Assembly: GCA_004764695.1 (NCBI GenBank)
Contig: SMSO01000035.1
Location: 124,001-188,000 of the forward strand
Source of the DNA: Schizochytrium sp. TIO01
Taxonomy: Eukaryota > Protista > Bigyra: Labyrinthulomycetes
Direction of reading: 5' to 3'
Length of the DNA stretch: 64,000 nucleotides
This document shows, one piece after another, positions 56,701-64,000 of the stretch (the first letter of the stretch is position 1; every line of letters starts with the position of its first letter). The notes beneath the pieces were generated by a model. The model saw nothing but the letters and a program-made list of their open reading frames with translations, ran no database searches and was not told the DNA's origin. Position numbers and translations under genes: made by a program.

Positions 56701-57980
56701 TCGCGTTTTCGTTTCGAACGATCACGATAGGCTCGAATTTTGCGGAAATATCTTATTAACATCATGCGAGGTCCTCGCTGCGCTGCTTGTCCTTTCAGCA
56801 TTTTCAAACGGGTGAAGGCTTGCAGCCACTCGTCCCAGAGTTGGAAATCCGTGGCAAAAACCGGTGAAGGCTTCCCATTTCGCAAACATTGGTGAAATGC
56901 AGCCCATCGATGCCACATTTCAAAAATCAGTTGTAGGCGCTCTCCAACCCACATTGGCTTGTCATGTCTCTGTTGCGATAATCGTGTCATACGGAGCAAA
57001 TGACACATTGCATGAAGGCGTCGACGGTCCCTCCAACGAATAAAACTTAGCCACCCATCAATTGCTCTCCTTTTCTGATTTCTCTCAGCCATCTCCCGAA
57101 CAAGTATAAGAAAGCTCCGGCGTTTCTCTTCAGCTAATACAGCTTGGCGCTCTGCAGGGTCAGCGAACATAAACGTTTTGCGAGAGCTTCCGCAACTTGC
57201 CGTGTCCTGTTCATTAGCACAACGCTCAATATCGCCTTGAATGTTCTTCAAAGCTTCGGCCGCAATAGGTGCATCACTACACGGCCGACTGCGTCGAGAA
57301 GGCTTTTTTGCAATCGAAAGTCCATGCCGTTCCATCCGTGATAATAAAGTAAGCATCAATTTCTCATTTTTTCCATGTGTCATTTGCATAATCAGCTTGC
57401 GAGCCGCAACACCATCGTCCTTTGCAGCCCGCCAGCGATATAGAAAGCGTCGCCTTACAAAGCGTCGAAATACCTTTTCTGATTTAACGTAAAAAAGTAG
57501 AGCATTGAAAAACCGTGCACGGAGGATCTGACGTCGATATCTCACTTTGAGAAATTTAATTCGACGTATCCTCATCCGCCACCACGATTGTAGTCGAGTA
57601 ACGGCGAACTCTGCTCTCTGCTGGAATTTGAAATTGAGCAAGAACTGATTCATCTCGCGTACACCATAGCGATCTATGGGGGTTAGAGCACCATCATTTT
57701 TTGCATAGTGAATAATGCGGTGAATATCTTCCTCCACGCGGTCGTCCTCATCTCCAGCACCACTATCTGTTTGACTATACGCAAGCTTCGTGATCGTTCG
57801 AAGTGGGGATGGTGAAAACTCTTGTCTTAAACCGAGACTTGCCTCAAGAATCTCCACACGGGTCTCTGCAAAGGCAAGTGCAGTTTCTAGTGCCCGTACT
57901 TCTTCAGCCTCTCGCCGTCGTCTTTCTTTTGAGGAGTCATCAGCCCTTCCCTGGCCCCATGCTGTTGCGCCTGAAGACAT
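50766..57980 (-). CDS. Giant (2404 aa) protein: IQ motif, Sfi1-like Trp-spaced basic repeats, ankyrin repeats, coiled coil and acidic low-complexity tail; probably centriole/flagellum associated
   Basis: IQ motif AVTRLQSWWRMR. Repeated ..F..W....R segments. Ankyrin DTPLHHAVESG, GLTCLHLGA and EGRTPVQVA. The track start at 57983 is GTG; ATG is at 57980. Confidence 0.8.
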   Translation of the reverse strand: MSSGATAWGQGRADDSSKERRRREAEEVRALETALAFAETRVEILEASLGLRQEFSPSPLRTITKLAYSQTDSGAGDEDDRVEEDIHRIIHYAKNDGALTPIDRYGVREMNQFLLNFKFQQRAEFAVTRLQSWWRMRIRRIKFLKVRYRRQILRARFFNALLFYVKSEKVFRRFVRRRFLYRWRAAKDDGVAARKLIMQMTHGKNEKLMLTLLSRMERHGLSIAKKPSRRSRPCSDAPIAAEALKNIQGDIERCANEQDTASCGSSRKTFMFADPAERQAVLAEEKRRSFLILVREMAERNQKRRAIDGWLSFIRWRDRRRLHAMCHLLRMTRLSQQRHDKPMWVGERLQLIFEMWHRWAAFHQCLRNGKPSPVFATDFQLWDEWLQAFTRLKMLKGQAAQRGPRMMLIRYFRKIRAYRDRSKRKRENARLAAQQYEHSRLYYVLVHWSAQARKRGSLLRRMRHILVAWFDYARRKSRLRVVKQFLSRNMRSDTKRYVLKLWKQRYEDIASLRMYHTDRILRAGNVRNAQLALHAVYMWQQDVAHVYLIRVWWAWRRVCEGRRRWKYARFVYLRGEAHRIQKEYFSVWTNVLQQKDHRSARQSGRKPRSANPPSSRSRHFQEFNDGHDLRQCIEEGSRLPSLWTVEDENDTEALKSWMLRRKQSPNAPRWDTPLHHAVESGKSSEVKQALALLETAIPRQKLEKLEQHKLRMFKQLRKANVAETNSEEPASECYTTLDNEATHITMANQDIKDTLTNEEDSKLILRKRLENMDKFADYAVDTRNEQGLTCLHLGARHMGDEGFRIVVLLIKSGASVFAEDDEGRTPVQVATDPRSRAYLEMHAGRLRAGEFTPFERFSYRHIRIHASWAHLSSVGFWRTVISASSSTATAVFTSGVSQSPISGLTMSRTLAVLENFEELYESQQDTIALRTKNRRNALERDKIILARAVVRQQLAEKEAEELARINTPQSPDKRKSRAKRGKPSAYLLKYLEETTIPHAGEVRAMLFREPAKGTQKSSSLEYHEDVLRTRTLTSESIVLFQKVLGPKPTCSWALDSGIPNRRAGASTMRAYLANLTQTEDSLLKRFEQSYGGLPGDREHEAALVLHNSLQFSDSEAKVDPYIASTGVEHLEAKLNEEAKGRLSAAWKLAAEVRAEFVERLGEACSYLNSRKYDFAQRVSEGERQVQKLTAKVRSCHRSRRLTAHELTTEREKSQAELTSLEGEIKVAMGRSNRFDERISQLQKDLDFLRMQNQLNNARGRALKKELAQQQELFQQAQSALHFQQRQKAQIVSASNDSVNETIRRLGELESKQTAARAAVSDLKEELTHFYAKIAMLEQMEESMKNYWLVARTKLEEEQAKRMNPTAIYTRSASFQENILLDYQLARSATRPGTATLGESDDTSDEENDEAEESKISIEEANKTAMKRSLSSSTEKGKSPIEIKNKGGHPVNLSGKSKKKRLLSDSALGDEELEVSKETHTSSPRTIDPSKQGLASGETQVEIAVPSRPSTKESFMSSQDGDDLESMYLDGNNDTENDDDDDDDDDDQDDDDEDDDEDDGSGSDEVEETDGSGLELELSSDSEEDESSDNDQAINKESKDHKEGGKRSPKPILQMKTGESSTDSPASWGIGSVRGFSPKDVSSRPTREEVLLLQNHSKRQLPLDQDPVLQLNRPLDPDHPLGRKVVASVQSSEIPKTREYARKSSVVIVRDENNTIDRKMSLRRLEGLFSESRKLLFNGEVVSEEVKIGKTREEEQKIREQEEADRRKFEEEARAHLSQEALRRSSSGLLEDVEDLESARLRRISSMLERRRGSIDRRLKQLTPRGNDYIQDDDLIASILWEKVTKMNTFVEYDRPNFFFANFIVAEEEDSLNSEEDKSKGSSDRENLSGSDQQDSKENQTKDPSQDSEDGPNTPVITGPIPFRMALWKSQEHCVSIKLLQDMESKQEMSFAKEKTDPYLKMARQNEVVEWKVVPDEIVAEVEAEKRAEDELSKQKPRPNSPPQMVSLSSISFLRPASPKSPHFPTKSASANPLSRPKSDVFREKGTNKTTSPLNEELELFASSLEHNEGASTIYESAEDEDNEEGSTDVRADTIGPTCKTKPSQGSATSGSTYSISPPEFSKLNSNIPRGNEIESKVSEFFTQVDELLHDGEISLSSDMEPSLVSNSVHGNSSEKNKCEHITQSEIAKRPITQNDAIRVLRSERAVLKSTQLEMRGSISKQGRAPLRSHMHGPLRELSFGRQLLGHEKPLEGTASEEIEVLSSQFCELRTSKTASGVYRPANFAEQLQERVQETFNATKRCASAISMGVAKQSGDFKDLQIQAHRVIADEPSVNNAELTVATSAQSMTASNIYLPPRHDFATARRQGIRRARRAKLEPLQPKQQTASSPSLLFIGQSMTHSKAI

Positions 57981-59061
57981 CACGCCGACACGATTTCTTC
58001 TTTCCCGTCCTCTTTTCCAAGTTAGGGACCAGCGCCAGGCAACTGCCCGAGCGCTTTCGTCAGTAAATGCTCAAAGGAATAACTCTTCCTCGCGACCGAC
58101 AAAATCACAAAGTTGGCCACGTGCTGTGCTTCCGAGAGAAGGTCCGTTGACAGAGAGTAGGTACACACCTGTATGAGTTTCTTTTTATTTGTTACTTCTC
58201 TGGGTCTTTCAAGTTGTGTTTTCTCACTTCTTTCTCTTCTTTTTTTCATAAATGCCTAGGTTAATAGTTACCTTGGTACTACCTAGCTAGGTGCCCAGTG
58301 GAATAAAAAGCGCAAAAGCAATATACCTTGTTGCACTCCTGCACTACAAAAACATTCTATGCACCTTAAATGCATTCATTCTCGAAAGAGTCTACTAAAA
58401 ACACGTGCTTCACATTTGCTAAAATTTTAGGGATCGACCCAAACATCTGAATCCTAAATACTTGAAGGAGCTGTAGTGTCTGGATTTGACAAGAAAGACA
58501 AAACAGAGGAAGACTATACAAGGAGCCGCCATAAAGAGATTAAAGGGCTTCTCGTTGCACTGGTGGGGCACTGTAAAAAAAGAGAACATGTCCAGATTTT
58601 TGCAACAAACCACCCTGCTCCCTTTGCGCTTCTGGGGGTGCTTCTTGTGTGTTCAAGATATTCATTTAATCACCTTCTGCTATTATCTCAATGGAGGTGC
58701 GTGTAATTTCCCGGAGGGAGTACTGCCCGCGCTTGATGGAGCACGTAAGGGTTGAGAAAACTTTAGGCGTGCTTGTACTTGCATTTAGATCATTGAAGGG
58801 AACGCTCACTGCTCTCTGGCCTACAACTGACTCACTGTCGGCAAAAAGAAGAGAAGATATACATCCCAATTTGAGGTGATCTTTTAGGGTAAACGGTTGC
58901 TTTGAAAGAACAACGTTGAAAGAAATTAAAAACGTTTCAGCATTGGAAATGTCTCTTATTCACATGAGCTGGTGAGAGAGATGGACTGAAGAAAAGATTG
59001 AATTTGAGACTACCCAGCTAGATAAAAGAGAAAATACCATGTGATGCACACTTCCAAGACT

Positions 59062-61017
59062 CTAGCGGCGTCGTCGCTTAGATACGGCTTTGGAATTTGC
59101 TGCGCTTGTAGCACCGTGTCCCTCCGAATGGCAACGCAGCGGTCTCTTAGACTTGGATAATTTCATGAGGTTCTCTTGCTCACTTTCAAAACTATTTTGA
59201 GACCAAGCTGCACGGCTGGGGTGTGAAGCAGAGATGGGCCGCTCAGTTAAAGGTGCACGGTGGGCGGGAGCTGTGTCTCCTGTGTGGTGAGGATTCTCGG
59301 CAATGTAGCGCTCAAGAAACTCATCTTGTACAGTTACGCTAAGAGACGTACTCCAAGCGGTTCTCTTAATTGCAGCGGCTGGTGCGCAATCCATTTCCTG
59401 AGAAAGGGCCAGCGCAAAGGCAGTATACATTGCTATCTTAGACTCGCCCCATGTACCGTTGCGGTCCTTGGAAGCATGATGGTTAGCGGCATCATCGTTG
59501 ATTTGGGTTTTTGCGAAATGAGATGCAAGTTGAGCGGCTGCTTCTTCCTTTTCATGACTAGAGTTATATAAGCTATTTGGAACACTTTTGTGAGCAACCT
59601 TGTCGTTTGATCGACCAATCTCCGATCTGGCGTGAGGAGTGGCTTTGGGTAAACACTTTTTCTCTTCGAAATCATTGTCGATGTCGCTGTCATCGTTATC
59701 TTGCTCCATGCCTTCATTGATTGGGACTCGGAGATGATGGCGCGTAGCCTCATCAACATGCTCACTCCGAGAGTCAACATCAATATCGTCTTCGCCTGTA
59801 CAAGTGCGAACTTTTACCTCAAGGGAATGATAACCAGTTTCAGCAGCCCCCTGACGCATTGTCAAAGCCGGTGCCTTGAACTGTAATCCCGAATTTCATC
59901 GAATAACAAGCGTGTGAGTATCTTTATGAAGTCGGAGCGTCTTACGTTTCAAACTCAAGAACTTACAATAGGAACAGGAGAGCCCATAGCCTTTTCAAAG
60001 AGCGGTGGTTCGTAGCTCTCAGGGGTGTGATCGTGATATGAAAGATAAAAAGTAATCCATTTGGAATCCGGAAGGGGCTACATTAAGAATGATATATTAA
60101 GTATTGCTCCAAGTTTGTGTGTTAGTATAACCGTATGTCAACGATACGTCTTGATCTTGAACTTACTGGAAGACCTGCCATGGTGCTGGTCAGGGTCTTA
60201 ATCATTGACCTTGTCTGCTGGACTACTTGGTCACGAGTTATACGTTTCGAGGAATAGGCTGGAAGAGCAGTATTCGTCCTTTGCATGGCCTCTCCAACTG
60301 GTTTGTTTCCTTCCTCTGCAATAATTCGTCCCTTGTTATAGTCAACACGAAACGCGTAGGATTCAATGATACTGCTTGACTGCGAAGTGATTATTTTTTG
60401 TCAATTTAAAATAATTAGGGCAACGTTGACTCCTTCTCCGTATCTAGTACTTACCTTCTCTGTTGGGTCACTGTCATGAATGTTCAGCATAATACGATCA
60501 ACGAAACCCTTTTCAAACGCATCAAATACACCCTTTTCGAGATAGTCTACGAACATGCGTGCACCATTTGCCTTTTTGACAGGATTAAGGATCTTCAAAT
60601 CAATTCCACACTATGATCCGGGACAAAGGGTATTTCAAAAGCTGCTACGACGTTAATCTTACTTTGTCGGAACTCATCAAGGCTACGTACAGGTAAACCA
60701 GCTAGTGAAACAACCTACATAATCTCGATCCTTGAAGTCTTCAAGAGGGAAGAGGCTGCGCTGGAAAGCAACAGCCGAAGTCATAATCCGAATGCTATTA
60801 CTGTATACATCGCAACCACTCGGTAGAGAAGTCGTGGTTAGCGCAAACCAGAAAATTTTCAAAACACAAGGAGCAAGAATTAAGGCTTTGGATCTGGGAT
60901 GACGTTTCAGGGCTGCCTTACCTATTTCTTATCAACTTACCGCACCGCAGCAGTGCTCGTCTTGAGCGACGAGATCGTCTGCTGCTTGGAGGCAACTTTG
61001 GGCTTGACGGCCTGCAT
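59062..61017 (-). CDS. HOP1: Meiotic HORMA-domain protein (Hop1/ASY1/HORMAD-like), 6 exons: 61017-60941, 60800-60719, 60610-60455, 60379-60167, 60077-59967, 59880-59062 (485 aa)
   Basis: Five GT-AG introns keep the frame. HORMA motifs VAFQRSLFPLEDF, YLEKGVFDAFEKGF, IIESYAFRVDY, LPPLP, LSYHDHTPESYEPPLF and ETGYHSLEVKV. The disordered tail carries a closure-motif-like KLSKSKRPL. Confidence 0.88.
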
Positions 61018-61673
61018 TAGAGAAATTCAAAAAGTACAACGCCCTGTCCCCACTGGCAGACCTGATAGTACCAGAACTCACTCAACCACTGAAGGCAATC
61101 GTTCTCACGATCGATTCAACAACACGCCGATTTGCCACTATCCTCTCTGCTTTGAGCCCCTCGCCTCAGACAGCTGTCCTGTCTCTGATACTTTCCACGT
61201 TTTAGGTTTGAATTCTTGTGCCTTTAAATTTTGAAGTTCCTGTAGATTTTAAATTTCACGGAAATTCAAATTCTGTGTTTTTGCCTTTTTTTCCAATTCT
61301 GCGCCACTGGCACAAAGAAACAATTTTATCATTACTATTGCTATTATCGAAAACTACTATGATGTAAAAATGAAAAATTGAACTAAAAGGATAATCTTTA
61401 GTAAGCAGGTTAGGTTAGGCTATATCAGTGCTAGTGAGTTCTGGGTATGTAAGTTTGTCCAGAAATAGCCTTTTAGTACACTTTCCAATTTAAGACGGAG
61501 TGCTTTTCAAAAATACTACATCTAAGCTCCTTACCAGTCCGGCGAGGTCATGGTATATTCGTCGTTAAGTAATACTGACAATAACCCACGACGAAGATGA
61601 AGCTAGTTAGATAGTTTCAAAGCAAAAACAAAAACAAGAGATCTTCTGTCCAGCACAGCAGGAATCCTGCCGG

Positions 61674-63599
61674 ATGCGAGGGAATCAGATGCGGAGAATG
61701 AGGCCTTCTCAGGTAGGCTGGTTGTGGATTTTCTGGCTCGCAGGGGTATTCTTGGAGACAGCCACTTGTACATCGACGTTCCTGCAGGCGTGGCGAGACC
61801 TCCGTGCAGACGTTGGAGACTTTGTTTGCTCTGTTGAAGGCTGCATTGATGATGCGCTCAATGATAGGACAACTACAGTTGAAGTAGAGAAAAGCCAGTT
61901 TTTAGATAATATTGCCGTTCGAAGAGCAGGTGGCACAGGCTACCGTCAGATGCACATTAACTTAGTGAATGAGGACGTAAATCGATGCGAACCTGTGGCT
62001 ATCAGCCCTTTGCTTAACTCGTCCTTCGTTCCACAGAACCAATCGGTGTTATTAACTTTCGAGATTCGGAACTGTCCCGAGCTTCTAGCCCTACCTCACA
62101 AACAAATAGCAATTCGACACATGAAACGTTCTCAGCCCTGGAATCCAATTCAAGTGATAAACCTTGAACATTGTGACCTTGCTTCGAGTGGCTGCCGTTT
62201 TGAAAGCATTATCGAAGGTATGCCACCTGGTACCCACGGATTCGAAATCCGCGTTGGAGAAGAAGGGAAACCTTACCCAGTCTTTTTTTTGGATGTAATT
62301 AGTGAAAGTGTGAGCAGAATTCTGCCATTGAAGGCTGCCTTAAATTCAGATGTCGTTGACCGATTCTGGCCTTCTTATAGATCAAGTATTATAATATGCG
62401 GAACTCTTGGGTGGGATGGTCAAAAACGAATCTGGCTGTCGTTGTTCGATGCAATTTACAAGCACTTTGATCTAACATATATAACTTTCAATCACGACAC
62501 TCACCTAGATCTTGAGACGGATACAACTACGTTTCTTCCACTGCTCCGCCCCGAGCGCGTGTGGACTAGTCAACACCCTGGTCTCTCTCTGTTGCCACCG
62601 TTCCCTGTGCATGATCGAACACAACTTCTTCTAATGCTCTGCAAGTCCATCAAGAATCTCCGTAACCTCAACTCAAAAAGTAATCAGTGCAGGCGTATGC
62701 CTGGAGAACTACCGATGTGCTCTGCTGATCTTGAAATCTTAATTCGTCTCAACATTCCAAGCTTTGGGGCAGATTCAATCTTGCGAATGGCTGGTTCTCT
62801 CGACGGACACGATACTTTCCTTTTTGCAAACAGCCAAGATGTGACAGACTGCCTCATCATTGATGTGGCACGTCTTGTTGGCATCAGCACAATTATCTAT
62901 GATCTCCCAAACCTTGAAGCACAACATTGCGTCGACCCTGATTACATTGTTGGTCCTTCGTATGCAGCCATCACAGACAAATCTATGGTACCTGTTCAAG
63001 GAAAGAAACTCGTGATAAATCCTGGTGTTGACCTTTCCAAATTTAATCATTCAAGGTGGCATGCAGATAAACCGCCACAGCATCGGCCTGTGATTGGCTT
63101 CTTAGCTCGTTTGGAGCCAGAAAAGGCAAGTGGTCTCTTCATTAAAATGGTGCCGCATCTGGCAGATCTTGATGCGGACTTTGTGATTGTGGGAACAGGC
63201 GCCTTGGCTGATGGCTTACCTCGAATTGCCAAAGCGTATGGAGTGGACTCTCGTATTCAGTTTATGGGGTCTCTTTATGATAAAGATCTCGTCCAAATGA
63301 TGTCACGGATGACTGTAATCGTGAACCCTTCACAGACAGCCTCAGAAACGTTTTGTATTGCTAATATCGAAGCGATGGCAATGGGTGTTCCGGTGGTAAG
63401 CTTTGGTGCCGGTGGTATCCTTGAATATTTAGAAAATGGTTACAATGGAATCCTAGTTGACTCTATCACGCCCGAGGGGCTAGCAGAGGGTGTCAAATTA
63501 GCCCTTCGTTCTCATGTACAATTATCTGCAGGCGCTGTGGCAACGGCTCAGAGATTTTCGACTGAAAAAATGGTCAGTAATTATGTGGCTTTACTGTGA
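61674..63599 (+). CDS. Glycosyltransferase family 4 (GT-B) with N-terminal signal/anchor
   Basis: INPGVD, IGFLARLEPEK and ETFCIANIEAMAMGVPVV (EX7E), followed by NGILVD. Hydrophobic N-terminal segment. Confidence 0.9.
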   Translation: MRGNQMRRMRPSQVGWLWIFWLAGVFLETATCTSTFLQAWRDLRADVGDFVCSVEGCIDDALNDRTTTVEVEKSQFLDNIAVRRAGGTGYRQMHINLVNEDVNRCEPVAISPLLNSSFVPQNQSVLLTFEIRNCPELLALPHKQIAIRHMKRSQPWNPIQVINLEHCDLASSGCRFESIIEGMPPGTHGFEIRVGEEGKPYPVFFLDVISESVSRILPLKAALNSDVVDRFWPSYRSSIIICGTLGWDGQKRIWLSLFDAIYKHFDLTYITFNHDTHLDLETDTTTFLPLLRPERVWTSQHPGLSLLPPFPVHDRTQLLLMLCKSIKNLRNLNSKSNQCRRMPGELPMCSADLEILIRLNIPSFGADSILRMAGSLDGHDTFLFANSQDVTDCLIIDVARLVGISTIIYDLPNLEAQHCVDPDYIVGPSYAAITDKSMVPVQGKKLVINPGVDLSKFNHSRWHADKPPQHRPVIGFLARLEPEKASGLFIKMVPHLADLDADFVIVGTGALADGLPRIAKAYGVDSRIQFMGSLYDKDLVQMMSRMTVIVNPSQTASETFCIANIEAMAMGVPVVSFGAGGILEYLENGYNGILVDSITPEGLAEGVKLALRSHVQLSAGAVATAQRFSTEKMVSNYVALL

Positions 63600-64000
63600 T
63601 ATGTTAGGAGTACGTAGGGATTTTACTTCTCTTAAATATCAAAGATTAGAGCATGATGAAGAGCTTCTGTGTTTTTTGTTGAGAAGCATAGCGAGTGAGA
63701 ATCTAAATCGTATCTGGTGACACAGGGAGATGACCAATCTGTTTTGACGGTGCCCAAAATTGCTGTCAGTTCCACGCTACTAATAAAATCCATTTATATG
63801 TTTTATTTCACAAGAGAGGAAGAAATATTAAATCAAGAATGAAATTCCTTTACGGTTTTTTTGGAAAGTTAAAATAACGAACACATGTGTAATCTCAAAT
63901 CTGAGCCTTGTGAATTGGTGCGAGGTCGCCTTGGTCGTCATCGTCAGAGTCAGGGTCAACCCAGTCAGACGCGATGGGTCGAATCGACAATGTTGAAAGC

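Overview
Eukaryotic, gene-dense, intron-poor DNA with GT-AG introns and microsatellite/poly(dA:dT)-rich intergenic DNA. Gene content and style suggest a stramenopile, probably a thraustochytrid/labyrinthulomycete (inference only). About 15 protein genes are supported: partial Myb-like/U-box protein, acylated PP2C, two-RRM Musashi/hnRNP-like protein, a 275-aa orphan, a small spliced LIN52-like gene, a frameshifted LEA-like gene, a FetB/ALS3 + FetA/STAR1 ABC fusion, a Cys-less nucleoredoxin-like protein, a double-hotdog thioesterase, an ankyrin-DENN protein, 4-exon HPRT, exportin-6, a 2404-aa IQ/Sfi1-like/ankyrin protein, a 6-exon meiotic HORMA (Hop1-like) gene and a GT4 glycosyltransferase. Several ORF-track starts are GTG/TTG and were moved to the first ATG. 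The main hidden signal is two decayed, mutually homologous Fanzor2 (eukaryotic TnpB-like RNA-guided nuclease) relics at about 27.4-28.2 kb (+) and 35.3-36.1 kb (-). They are not apparent as intact ORFs, and they share a conserved structured 3' noncoding tail that looks like an omegaRNA scaffold and element right end. A highly self-complementary ~230-nt GC island at 16.9-17.15 kb is a candidate structured RNA. All homology calls come from motifs I recognised by eye or from memory; no searches were run.
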